DNA of 64,000 bases from contig JAWCFL010000001.1 in assembly GCA_038858525.1 (NCBI GenBank), positions 2,053-66,052 on the forward strand, given 5' to 3'. Shown here in pieces: positions 21,201 to 30,135 of the stretch. A model generated the notes under the pieces. It made no database searches. It was not told the DNA's origin and saw only the letters and a list, made by a program, of their open reading frames with translations. The stretch's first letter is position 1. Each line of letters opens with the position of its first letter. A program made the position numbers and the translations under genes. The stretch comes from Candidatus Jordarchaeales archaeon (GTDB lineage: Archaea; Asgardarchaeota; Jordiarchaeia; Jordiarchaeales; Freyrarchaeaceae).

Positions 21201-22148
21201 CTGGATGCTTCTGGTAAAGAAATTAACAGTTACCTAGAAGAAAGTAGGAAAATTTTCGGAGTAAAAACAGATGAAGTTAAAGACATGATTAATGGATTAA
21301 TGGAGGAGCTTTCAAAAGAATTAGATGAAATAATACATAGAACACGTGAAGGCATAGCTACATTAGTAAAGGGGTATCATGAAAAAATAGAACGAAATGT
21401 GGAGGAGACTAGAGCACACCTTATAAGTGAGCTTAAAACATGCATAGAAAAAGAAGAAAAAGACGTGACTAGCTTTAGTCAAAACGTAGTTGAAACGCTA
21501 TTTCGTCTAATGGAAAGTTGTGGAAAAACATTGGAGGAATTAAACAACAATGTGACATCATACTTAAGTGAGTTTTACGAGAAAGCCGCCGAACATTTAG
21601 ATGGTACAATGAAGGGAATAAGTGAAAAAGTAAGAATTCTACTTGAAGAGTTAAGAGCCGTAGAGTCAATATCTAGCTCAGCATGGGAGGAACTGGCGAA
21701 AGCCCCCCTAAGCATTGAGAAAACGTGTTTCATAGCTACGAGAGAAGTAGTAAAAACGCGGATGAGGGATATGGCAAAGCGAACTAAAAATTCATTGATA
21801 ATAGTGGCTCCCGAGCTAGGAGAACTTCCAATAGAGGAGTTATTAGGGATAGAGCCGCCAGCGAAATTGTACGTGTTCACTGATTTCGATTTACCCTCAG
21901 AGCTCAGCATTTTGAAGAGCTTAATAAGTAAGAGGAATCTCCGTTTGTGGAAAAGAAAGGAAAAAGAATTTTTCATGTGTCTACGGGACGATGAGGAAAT
22001 TCTGATTGCTCCAGTATCCAAAGAAACACCTATCTTAGCAATAGTGAGCGAAGAGCGAAGCTACATTGATTCTTACAAACGCACATTAATACCGTTTCTC
22101 AGGTCGACAGCTAAAGAAGTGAAATTGAAAGACATAGACTCTGTTTAG
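18225..22148 (+). CDS. Giant coiled-coil protein with N-terminal TrmB-type wHTH and C-terminal TrmB-C-like domain
   Basis: 1307 aa. Residues 1-80 read LSEDEAKVYSLFILYRILTLGEICYHTALPTSKVESIIQSLKDKGLISHV (TrmB-family HTH). They are followed by more than 1000 residues of uninterrupted Glu/Lys/Leu-rich heptad sequence and a 140-aa non-helical C-terminal domain. Confidence 0.7.
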   Translation: MAKDFVSLIASKFGLSEDEAKVYSLFILYRILTLGEICYHTALPTSKVESIIQSLKDKGLISHVPGVIERYVAVTPFRALSKVAGDFIKTAEEADAKLRKHFEVSKADIKRAVDSFKSNLKDSVTKELQTLRGEVNKASELLEKLVQREKADLSDMIKRAESYSLGQLESYKRFSEESLTLVKSEVEEELKSVLNEVRRVTGQSAERASNTLASMLDNANVMLGEIEKKVIKDVSKIAETTALTAGKIAEKVMEAKSEYDSKVRETVEVAKGITSKTIDLLRKELDERAGLIERITSETIRKSIERRKEQDNKLEKILSTSLRGSASEIAKSISSFYTSALRPLWSLSREHEKWIQNISERTSKLVDASISRLSFMIEETKAKIAERIKSQFEIQEEVLRGFGSKVREHVTSSLREFDAASSSTRERFSSVIMENTKATNETFEKTRKAVESLVSENVEIIRNMLKKVEEEVQASLVTEREAEEKEFSKFKDAFSSMLEVSKRELTEATGLMSENALKEIYTRTTEFINELKKLREKVSEAIEKELKMVRWEAEEARGSIERFLVQRITGMEEYAERVKQQLESMVKERLEELSISAEAVQVGFAESMDKILDRVREIVEDAKNGFSVLLSTQLSSFKENLDKLGMSFADELSRQVDATKTEANEILSNFSEELEHRVSEVETLAKQIMENAEAMFKRQEKISRQLRDVVSTFLVQETKRYIDSFSNILISLNERSVSLIESKIKSLEKLRNNLEKELHSLIVSEGAAIEEKNASLRETVNSYVSERYKEYVESLEGVAKEVEELLREHIEYYKEHLEGLIRGLSDALEETLGRISQASNAVISDAATQLDTEKEAIAGEAKILIEAASKMLDFYVKKLRSSIAASLNDLLKEVSRRIESLREEGERVESLVREVVEADFKEFEEALKNLEGALALNVNNEKERTLSSVIQLELKLQDLLNKVGEELGAYSRGIQEESKGILDNYSREVTGLLDASGKEINSYLEESRKIFGVKTDEVKDMINGLMEELSKELDEIIHRTREGIATLVKGYHEKIERNVEETRAHLISELKTCIEKEEKDVTSFSQNVVETLFRLMESCGKTLEELNNNVTSYLSEFYEKAAEHLDGTMKGISEKVRILLEELRAVESISSSAWEELAKAPLSIEKTCFIATREVVKTRMRDMAKRTKNSLIIVAPELGELPIEELLGIEPPAKLYVFTDFDLPSELSILKSLISKRNLRLWKRKEKEFFMCLRDDEEILIAPVSKETPILAIVSEERSYIDSYKRTLIPFLRSTAKEVKLKDIDSV

Positions 22149-22421
22149 TTTTTAAATTTAAAGGAAAAGCAAGGCTCAAAGCGCATATTTCCGTATTAGT
22201 AAACAAATTATAGGCGCCTTCCTTTTTTTAGATACAAGTGGCTTTAAAAATGACGCTGTCGTATGGCTTATTCATTGGAGCCATCTTTGATGAAAGCGAA
22301 GCAACCTAAAATTGCAAGTTTAATATTTCAAGTGTTATACTTGACCTTATAAGAGATAATGTATTAAAAATGGAACGAGTGACGAACAAAGTGTAAAAAG
22401 GGGAAAGTAAAGGTTGGTTTT

Positions 22422-22769
22422 ATGATAAGCTGGGAAAATGTAGGTGATGATGAAGAATTAAAGGAGTTGAATGCTTTAAAGAAATTTGTGACAGGTGATT
22501 ATGTCAAAATAGCTATCTTAGAGCAACTTGTCAAAGGAGGCTGGTGTACCTTGAGCGAGCTGTGCAGAGCTGCAAGGGGGTACGACAGATATGTCGGACA
22601 CGTGAGAGTATCTACAATATTACAATACATGGAGAGCATCGCTAAAGGCATTTTAGAAAAAGCAGAAAACGAGTTTTCTGTAAAGTGGAGAATTAGACCT
22701 GAGAAGAAAAAGGACATAGAAGGCTGGATTGGAGAAATAAAGTCGACACCTTATCGTAAAAGTTTTTAA
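22422..22769 (+). CDS. Small winged-helix (HTH) protein
   Basis: 115 aa; ...DYVKIAILEQLVKGGWCTLSELCRAARGYDRYVGHVRVSTILQYMESIAKGILEK. Confidence 0.5.
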   Translation: MISWENVGDDEELKELNALKKFVTGDYVKIAILEQLVKGGWCTLSELCRAARGYDRYVGHVRVSTILQYMESIAKGILEKAENEFSVKWRIRPEKKKDIEGWIGEIKSTPYRKSF

Positions 22770-22965
22770 AGAACGTTGAAAAATATGGATACTTGAGAGA
22801 TTGTACTTAAAATCAAGGCTTAAAAAAGATTTTTAAAAAATACATCATTAAAACATAAAAAACAGTCATTGTAATTAATGGCAGCTTGTTTTTATAGAGT
22901 TGTCTTCTGGAGACTTAAGGATAGAGAGGCCCTCATGAAACCAAAAACTAATTGTTAAAAAATAT

Positions 22966-23577
22966 TTATTCTATTCTTGTCTCTTCAATTTTGTTTTTCG
23001 TTATTTTGAAAATTTGTATGGGTCCGCCTGATGCAGTGTCCCGGGACCTAGCGGCTCTTATTGCGCGCTCAGCTAAGCTAGCTGCTTCGTCAACAGTAAT
23101 GCCGTCTTTGTACTCGTCTTCTAAAACACCGAATGCTATCACTGAGCCGGATCCTGTAGCGCCGAACTTGTCTTCTTCGATTAGGCTTCCCATGGGGTCT
23201 AGAGTGAAAAGGTGGGGGCCTGTAGAGTCTACTCCACCTAAAATGAGCATACTGATGTAAGGGAATAACCGGTTTTGAAAGAGAATTAATGATGTAAGAC
23301 GAGCTGCGGCTTTTACTGAAACGTCTCGTTTAAGCTCCATCTTCAGGAGTGAAAGATTTGCTTTTAGCACATCAACGACATGTTGACAGTCCGCAACGGA
23401 GCCGCTTATTGTTACTGCAATTCTATCAGCGACCTTGAATATCTTGGGGGCGGTAGTGCTTGCTATTATGTTTCCCATAGTTGCTTGAGATTCCGTCGCA
23501 AGCACAACGCCATCCTTGCAAACTATTCCAACAGTTGTAGTACCGCTCATAAAAACCTTCGAGTTTTCCCGCTGCAT
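22966..23577 (-). CDS. psmB: Proteasome beta subunit (with propeptide; N-terminal Thr active site after processing)
   Basis: 203 aa; ...MSGTTTVGIVCKDGVVLATE... plus Ntn-hydrolase motifs GSGS, LILGG. Confidence 0.9.
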   Translation of the reverse strand: MQRENSKVFMSGTTTVGIVCKDGVVLATESQATMGNIIASTTAPKIFKVADRIAVTISGSVADCQHVVDVLKANLSLLKMELKRDVSVKAAARLTSLILFQNRLFPYISMLILGGVDSTGPHLFTLDPMGSLIEEDKFGATGSGSVIAFGVLEDEYKDGITVDEAASLAERAIRAARSRDTASGGPIQIFKITKNKIEETRIE

Positions 23578-23722
23578 AAGGATCCCCTCACTGATTCGCT
23601 CAAATAAAGACGCTGAATCTAAGAATTAAGAAGGAATATATAAATGCTTTTTCACATCAAAACCTCAAAAATTAAGTATCTTCACGTCTAATCATGGAAA
23701 ACAAAAATATGACGGAGGTTGG

Positions 23723-23812
23723 TGGGCGGGCCAGGATTTGAACCTGGGTCCTCCACGGTGTCAACTTCGCCTCTTCTTTGTGTGGCGTCATAACCAGCTA
23801 GACTACCCGCCC
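23723..23812 (-). tRNA. Intron-containing tRNA (anticodon unresolved; one parse gives GAC = Val)
   Basis: Reverse complement reads GGGCGGG-TA-GTCT-AGCTGGTTA-TGAC...GACCCAGGTTCAAATCCTGGCCCGCCC-A. The acceptor and T-arm are canonical; the 90-nt length implies a roughly 16-nt intron in or next to the anticodon loop. Confidence 0.65.
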
Positions 23813-23828
23813 ACTAAGTGATGATTGG

Positions 23829-23970
23829 TGGACCCCGCGGGACTTACTCAACCCTTTCTAGGTTTTTGAATTCGCGGTCCCCTCTTCAGGACACCCGCGG
23901 CCTCCGCGATGCCGACGCGCCCCCTTGGTTGGGGGAAACGCGGTGCTCTACCAGGCTGAGCTAGGGGCCC
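23829..23970 (-). tRNA. tRNA-Ala (GGC or UGC anticodon) with 2-3 introns, including insertions in the T-loop
   Basis: Reverse complement reads GGGCCCCTAGCTCAGCCTGGTAGAGCACCGCG...CGCGGAGGCCGCGGG...CCCGCGGGGTCCA. A G3:U70 wobble pair is present (Ala identity). A 23-nt insert in the anticodon loop leaves TTGGCAT or TTTGCAT. About 45 extra nt lie between the T-stem halves, with an internal TTCAAA. Length 142 minus 68 gives 74 nt mature. Confidence 0.6.
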
Positions 23971-24399
23971 ACCGTGAATGACAAAGTATTCATGGAGATT
24001 TAAGTATTTTTCGGGAGGCAAGAATACTAAATTATTTTTCCTAAGTTAGCTGTTTTTTAAGAGCTGAAGTTTAGAATATTGGTTTAAATGCTTCTTAAAC
24101 TGTGAAGCTGTTGCAAGAAAGGTAATAAATTTAGGAAAGCGAAATTAGTTGCAACGCTATAGTACTACATAGTGAAGTATCAAGTTAAAGAGCCACCTTT
24201 CATTTTGCTTTCGGTGATTAATTTTAATAGGTGGCGGTGTTCTGGACTCAGGTTTAAATGCGTTTAAAGACCAAATTGTTTAAGAAATGGGATCTGGGCT
24301 GATTCGAATGAAAGTAAGCGGACGGCGGTGTTTCATGTTTGTTGTTTGTCTTTTATGTTGGGGTTTTAATAGAAAGGTGAAGTTTAGAGAACGGGTGGG

Positions 24400-24753
24400 T
24401 TGATGGAGTTTGAAAACCCGTTTTATTGGTGGATTACGAATCCGGGGATAAATTTTCTTTTGTCTCTTGTCTTCTCAGCTATAGCTTTCATAGGTGTGAT
24501 ATACTTCGTAGTTAACTTGGTTTTTCTTTCATCAAGTGAGAGAAATAAAGGAAAACATATCATTGGGATCTTGTTTTCTCTGCTGGTTATAGGGTTCTGC
24601 CTAAGGTGGGAGTGGTTTTTGATTTTCATTGGAAACGTGTCAAGCCTTTTGACTAAAGGAATCGGAGATATATTAATGCAAGCGGTTTATTACTGGTATC
24701 TTTATAGCTTCGAGGAAAAAGTGAATTTAACCTTAACTTCACTAATCGTTTAA
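24400..24753 (+). CDS. Hypothetical small membrane protein
   Basis: 117-aa ORF with 3 hydrophobic segments in an AT-rich, gene-poor tract; may be spurious. Confidence 0.25.
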   Translation: MMEFENPFYWWITNPGINFLLSLVFSAIAFIGVIYFVVNLVFLSSSERNKGKHIIGILFSLLVIGFCLRWEWFLIFIGNVSSLLTKGIGDILMQAVYYWYLYSFEEKVNLTLTSLIV

Positions 24754-24793
24754 ATAAAACGAAAAAGGTATCGGGATATTAGGAAGCTGTAAC

Positions 24794-25057
24794 TTACTTG
24801 TTTTTGAGAGTATATATTTCGTTATCTACTAGTATGTAAAAGGTATATTCATGAAGAATTATTGGCTTCCTGAACAAGAATGCTAACTTAAGGAAGTTTG
24901 AGACTTGTGCTTCACCTTTAAAAACTATTTCTGAGCAAGTTTGCCTATTAAGCTTGAACTCATCGGGAGTTATAATTGGCACTTTCTCCTCCTTCGCTTT
25001 GATTTTCACTCTTTCTACAAACTCGGTTTTTTCGGCGTCTTCACCAAAAATCGGCAT
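24794..25057 (-). CDS. Hypothetical small protein
   Basis: 87-aa ORF; no motif. Confidence 0.2.
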   Translation of the reverse strand: MPIFGEDAEKTEFVERVKIKAKEEKVPIITPDEFKLNRQTCSEIVFKGEAQVSNFLKLAFLFRKPIILHEYTFYILVDNEIYTLKNK

Positions 25058-25386
25058 GAACTTCTCCTCCTAACATTATACGGGCAGTTATACTTAATAT
25101 TAGTTTAGAGCAAATAAAACTTTTTAATGTTTCTTTTTATTGGCACAAATGTGCAGTTTACAGCAATAAAGCAATAAGTTATTCTTTAGGGAAATAGTAA
25201 CATAAGACGTTTGCATAAATAAACAAAGTTTTGTCCGCTTCTTTGAGAAAAAATGGGGGAGAGCTTGGGGTGATAAGTTGTAACTTTCGATCTTCATTTT
25301 ATCGTACAGGATAAAAACTTACTGCTTATATTAGATAATGTTTTTAAGGAGGATTCTTGGTCTGATAACCTAGATTTAAAAAAGTT

Positions 25387-26109
25387 ATGGCGGTGAAACT
25401 TGTGTCTCAAAATGACGGGCTTGTTGCAAAGGGAGACTTTATTCTTGTCGATTTAACTGGACGCGTGAAGGACGGAGAAGTTTTCGAAACTACGTTAAGA
25501 GATGTTGCTGAGAAAGAAGGAATATATGATGAAGGTGAAGTTTACGAGCCGCGGCTTGTCATTGTAGGTGAGGGATGGGTTTTACCTGAGATTGACAGAA
25601 CGTTAGAGGGTATGAGAGTCGGCGATACGAAGCTTGTTGAGGTAAAGAATGCGTTTGGGGAGTGGAAAAGAGAAAATGTTAAGTCCTTTCCTCTTAAGGA
25701 GTTCCTGAAGAATAATATAGATCCAAAGCCGGGTATGCGTGTAAGGATAGGCGGAAAATTAGCGACGATTAAAAGGGTGGGGGGTGGAAGAGTTAGGGTT
25801 GATATGAATCACCCATACGCTGGGAAAACCGTAGTTTATGAGGTCATAGTGAAAAAAAGGATAACCGACCATGATGAAAAAATAAGGGCATTGATTAGGA
25901 GGAGAATGCCGAAGGTTCCCCTAGAAAAGACAAAAATAAATGCTGAGGACACGAAAAAAATCACTATTGAGATACCTAAAGAGATATTTTTTGCTGACGG
26001 AGTGCAGCTTGTTAAATTCGGATTAGCAAGAGATCTCAAGAAGTACGTAGGATTCGAAGAAATAGTTTTTATTGAAAGGTATAGCGGGGAACTACTCGGT
26101 GAGTCTTAG
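25387..26109 (+). CDS. FKBP-type peptidyl-prolyl cis-trans isomerase, long archaeal type with insert-in-flap and C-terminal domain
   Basis: 240 aa; GDFILVDLTGRVKDGEVFETT...LVIVGEGWVLPEIDRTLEGMRVGD...GMRVRIGGKLATIKRVGGGRVRVDMNHPYAGKTVVYEVIV. Confidence 0.85.
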   Translation: MAVKLVSQNDGLVAKGDFILVDLTGRVKDGEVFETTLRDVAEKEGIYDEGEVYEPRLVIVGEGWVLPEIDRTLEGMRVGDTKLVEVKNAFGEWKRENVKSFPLKEFLKNNIDPKPGMRVRIGGKLATIKRVGGGRVRVDMNHPYAGKTVVYEVIVKKRITDHDEKIRALIRRRMPKVPLEKTKINAEDTKKITIEIPKEIFFADGVQLVKFGLARDLKKYVGFEEIVFIERYSGELLGES

Positions 26110-26532
26110 AAAAGCAATCTTTAATTTTCTTCCAACTTGACAATCTACTTCGCCATCTATTTCCTCGACAACGCAGCGGTCACCAGGTCTTAACGCGCTT
26201 GGCTTGCATAAGTCAGAGTTGATGCAATCCTGAGAGCAATCAATGTGTTTGTAAAGTAATATGGCACCCTTTACGGCTTGCCTCGGTTCTAGGGCTGCCG
26301 GAACAGAGGAGAAGACTACTTCAACTGCTCTAACACCGTTTTCATGAAGCATGCATGAATGCTCCATTTCACGCACACTTACAACTTCATAAACGCGTCC
26401 TGGTTCTAAGTTTTCTATACATACTTTCCTAAGTTGACATGAACTGCATGGTCCTGCTGAACCATTATGCACAAATTTGAATCCGACCTTAGCTTGCATT
26501 GATCCTACGAGCGTTAAAAAGCGGCGTGGCAA
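26092..26532 (-). CDS. Cys-rich small protein, possibly UPF0179 family
   Basis: 146 aa with about 12 Cys (CSSCQLRKVC, HSCMLHENG, CSQDC, CVVEEIDGEVDC). Confidence 0.35.
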   Translation of the reverse strand: MPRRFLTLVGSMQAKVGFKFVHNGSAGPCSSCQLRKVCIENLEPGRVYEVVSVREMEHSCMLHENGVRAVEVVFSSVPAALEPRQAVKGAILLYKHIDCSQDCINSDLCKPSALRPGDRCVVEEIDGEVDCQVGRKLKIAFLRLTE

Positions 26533-26548
26533 TGTGGATCCTCCCGTT

Positions 26549-27646
26549 TTAGTTTATGACACCAGTTATTGTTGCAAGCCTTATAGCAGCTTCTCTATCT
26601 ATACCTTTTTCTCCGAGAATAGTGTATCTCTCTGGACGGATCTTATGAGCTATACATAAAGCTTCAATTATGTACTCCGCATCTATTCCTAACTCTTTTG
26701 CCGTTGTTGGTGCCCCTATGGTTTTTAGAGCGTCTCTTATTGCTTGCCAATCGCCTCCGTGAAGGTACATCATCATTATGGCTCCTACGCCGCACTGCTC
26801 CCCGTGGAGAGCAGGAGCGGGAGCGATCATGTCTAAGGCATGACTAAACATGTGCTCTGCACCGCTAGCTGGCCGACTACTGCCAGCGATTCCCATGCTG
26901 ACACCGCTACTTATTAAGGCTTCTATAACTGTTCGGAGGCTATTTTCGGTCCTCTGAGCTATGAGGGGGGCATTCTGAAGGATAATTTCACCGCTAAGTT
27001 TTGCAAGCGAGGCAGCGTACTCACCGAAGTATTCATTTCTTAACTTATAAGCTAACTCCCAGTCTTTGACTGAAGTTATGTTAGCTATAACGTCACCGCA
27101 TCCGGCTGCCGTTAACCTATAAGGTGAGCTCCCTATTACATTGGTATCAGCTATTATAACTAAAGGTGTAGCTGCCTTGAGAGAGTGAGATGAATTCGCA
27201 TTTTTAATACTCGCCCTAGGGGAAGCTATTCCATCATGAGATGCCGCTGTTGGAACACTTATGAAGGGAAGCCCTTCAAGGTAAGCAGCAAGCTTAGCTA
27301 CATCTATGTTTTTTCCTCCTCCGACCCCAATAATTACGCAAGCCTTAACTTTCTTTGATTCCGCTCTAACTTTTTCAACTTCACTCATAGTAGACTCTCT
27401 CACTAATACAAGATGGCTGGGAATATTTACGTCATGTAAAGAATCGACAACCTTTTCGCCTGCAACTTTACTTGTTTTTGTTCCAGAAACAATGACCGCG
27501 TGTCCTGTCAATCCAAGCTTAACGCATGTCTCACCAACCATACGTATAACATCGCGCCCAACAAGCACTTCTCTTGGAAGTTCCATTTTATGTATTGGTA
27601 ATCGGACCTGTAAGGTCGTTAATGTTTCATTAGTACCGCGCATCAA
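26549..27646 (-). CDS. egsA: sn-Glycerol-1-phosphate dehydrogenase [NAD(P)+]
   Basis: 365 aa; Fe-ADH/DHQS-like fold with GVGGGKNIDVAKLAAY, GxxHxxSH metal ligands; the start may be the M at 27586. Confidence 0.8.
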   Translation of the reverse strand: MMRGTNETLTTLQVRLPIHKMELPREVLVGRDVIRMVGETCVKLGLTGHAVIVSGTKTSKVAGEKVVDSLHDVNIPSHLVLVRESTMSEVEKVRAESKKVKACVIIGVGGGKNIDVAKLAAYLEGLPFISVPTAASHDGIASPRASIKNANSSHSLKAATPLVIIADTNVIGSSPYRLTAAGCGDVIANITSVKDWELAYKLRNEYFGEYAASLAKLSGEIILQNAPLIAQRTENSLRTVIEALISSGVSMGIAGSSRPASGAEHMFSHALDMIAPAPALHGEQCGVGAIMMMYLHGGDWQAIRDALKTIGAPTTAKELGIDAEYIIEALCIAHKIRPERYTILGEKGIDREAAIRLATITGVIN

Positions 27647-28196
27647 GATTCCATCAGCCTCTCTTAATGACTTAAGAATGTTTAGAACAGTCCTTTTTAA
27701 TATTTATACCTCGAATTTCGCGGTAAAAATCGACTATCGACGAAAAAAATGATTTAGTTACTAAATAATCGAATTAAAAATTGAGGGGGATGAAATATTA
27801 TCTCGAAAATAACGTATCACGGTTAACACTGGGTTTACGTAGTGGGCAATATAAGTAAATGATAGTAATGAGGAATTAATAAAATTTTTATTTATAAGGT
27901 TTAATTTGTTTTTAACAAAGTTGAAAAGAAGGCTTGAAACAAAAAGAGACGCCATTTTTTATAGTTTCAGTTTCCTTTTAATCAGCGAAATGTTTATTAC
28001 TAGTTGCAGGCAATACGAACTTGAGCTCTAAAATCAATTTCTTCTAAAACAAGTTAAATTTATAAAAACAGAGGGCTGAAAATTCTTTCTTTCGAAAGAA
28101 AAAGCTTTGCGTCTCTCCTTGTGGCTTAATGCAGTTTCAATGTGAGTTTAATTGATGAGTTAAGAAAAGTGAAAAAGTCAGGAAGGGTGCGAGAGG

Positions 28197-30098
28197 ATGT
28201 TTTACGAAGACATTGATGAACTTAAACAAGCGATTTTCGAGACGATTCCAAAGTCGGCAGAAGTTACAGCAATAGAGTTGGAAGGACCTGAGATAGCAGT
28301 TTACTTGAAAAACCCAAACTTGCTGGTTGACGATGCTGAAGTAGTTAAGGCTATAGCAAAGAAAGTTAGAAAACGCATAGTAATTAAGTCGGATCCTTCT
28401 GTTAGGCTTCCACCTGACGAAGCGGAAAGGATAATTAGGGAAAAAGTCGATGAAGATGCGGGCGTCGGAGAGATCTCATTCGATAATAATCTGGGAGAAG
28501 TTATAATAGAGGCAAAGAAGCCTGGTCTGGTTATAGGAAAAAACGGTGCAACATTGAGGGAGATAATAAGAGCCACCCGGTGGAGACCTGTAGTTGTAAG
28601 AGAGCCACCGATAGAGTCGAAGATGGTTAAGAATATAAGAGGAGTTCTTCAGGCTGAAAGAGAGCAGAGAAAAGAAATCTTAAAGAACATAGGGTGGAGA
28701 ATACATCGCCCATCAATCTTCAAAAATGGATGGCTAAGAATAATTACCTTAGGTGGATTTAGAGAAGTTGGACGGACAGCTATTTTAGTTCAGACACCTG
28801 AAAGCTCGGTCTTAATAGACTGCGGAATTAATGTGGGAGGTGGGGAAGGAGCTTTTCCACATTTAGATGCACCAGAATTTGATATAGAAAAACTAGATGC
28901 CGTTATAGTAACTCATGCTCATCTGGATCACAGCGGTTTTGTACCTTTCTTGTTTAAATATGGTTACGAGGGACCAGTTTACTGTACTACGCCAACGAGA
29001 AATCTTATGACTTTGCTTCAACTTGACTACCTTGAAGTAGCAGAAAGAGAAGGAAAAATAACGCCATATACTCAGAAGGACGTTAAAAAAATGGTGCTTC
29101 ACACTATAACTTTAGAGTATGGAGAAGTAACTGATATAGCACCCGATGTGCGTCTAACTCTCCATAATGCTGGCCACATACTTGGATCAGCAATAGTTCA
29201 TCTTCATATTGGTGATGGGCTACATAATATCGCCTACACTGGTGACTTCAAGTTTTCTAAGACCCGACTCTTTGAACCAGCATGTAACACGTTTCCCCGG
29301 CTTGAAACGATAATAATAGAGAGTACATATGGTGGGCCTGAAGACATTAAGCCATCTAGGAAAAGTGCTGAAAGAGCATTAGTTTCAGCAATAAATACCA
29401 CGTTAAGTAGAGGAGGTAAAATTTTAATCCCTGTCCTGGGTGTTGGAAGAGCACAAGAGTTAATGCTGGTCATCGAGGAGTACATGAGACGAGGAATGAT
29501 AAGTGAAGTTCCAGTTTACATTGATGGTATGATAAGTGAAGCTACGGCAATACATACGACACATCCGGAGTATCTTTCACGGGACTTACGAGAAAGAATA
29601 TTCCATCAGGGAAGCAATCCGTTTCTTGCAGAGTGCTTTGAGACGGTTAAAAAAGAAGCTAGGCCGGACATAGTTGAGGGAGGCCCCTGCATAATAATGG
29701 CAACTTCGGGAATGCTTAGTGGAGGACCAAGCGTCGAGTATTTTAGAGTTATGGCTCCTGACCCAAAAAATTGCTTGTTATTCGTAACATATCAGGTTGA
29801 GGGAACTTTAGGAAGAAGAATACAGAAAGGATGGAGAGAAGTGCCGATGAGAATGGCTGATGGAAAAACCGAAATAGTCCCAGTCAAAATGGAAGTAAAG
29901 ACGATAGAGGGATTTTCCGGTCATAGCGATAGAAGGCAGATCATTAATTACCTAAAAACGCTCAACTCGAAGCTTGAAAGGGTGATCACGTGTCATGGTG
30001 AGGGGAGCAAGTGTGTGAATATGGCGACGCTGATCCATAGGTCCTTTGAAATAGAGACGAGAGCGCCGCAGAACCTAGAAACTATAAGGCTTAGATGA
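28197..30098 (+). CDS. aCPSF1 (FttA), a KH-KH-beta-CASP metallo-beta-lactamase ribonuclease and transcription-termination factor
   Basis: 633 aa; two N-terminal KH domains, HAHLDHSG motif, beta-CASP and a C-terminal RMMBL region. Confidence 0.92.
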   Translation: MFYEDIDELKQAIFETIPKSAEVTAIELEGPEIAVYLKNPNLLVDDAEVVKAIAKKVRKRIVIKSDPSVRLPPDEAERIIREKVDEDAGVGEISFDNNLGEVIIEAKKPGLVIGKNGATLREIIRATRWRPVVVREPPIESKMVKNIRGVLQAEREQRKEILKNIGWRIHRPSIFKNGWLRIITLGGFREVGRTAILVQTPESSVLIDCGINVGGGEGAFPHLDAPEFDIEKLDAVIVTHAHLDHSGFVPFLFKYGYEGPVYCTTPTRNLMTLLQLDYLEVAEREGKITPYTQKDVKKMVLHTITLEYGEVTDIAPDVRLTLHNAGHILGSAIVHLHIGDGLHNIAYTGDFKFSKTRLFEPACNTFPRLETIIIESTYGGPEDIKPSRKSAERALVSAINTTLSRGGKILIPVLGVGRAQELMLVIEEYMRRGMISEVPVYIDGMISEATAIHTTHPEYLSRDLRERIFHQGSNPFLAECFETVKKEARPDIVEGGPCIIMATSGMLSGGPSVEYFRVMAPDPKNCLLFVTYQVEGTLGRRIQKGWREVPMRMADGKTEIVPVKMEVKTIEGFSGHSDRRQIINYLKTLNSKLERVITCHGEGSKCVNMATLIHRSFEIETRAPQNLETIRLR

Positions 30099-30135
30099 AC
30101 GATGTAAAAGATAAAATAAAAAGGGTGTTAGTTAA

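Noticed and set aside
23380-23607. 75-aa plus-strand ORF
   Set aside because: Antisense to the proteasome beta subunit gene.
28130-28190. Possible C/D-box sRNA (TGATGA at about 28154)
   Set aside because: No matching downstream D box (CUGA) at a proper distance, and no terminal stem; it could still be a leader of aCPSF1.
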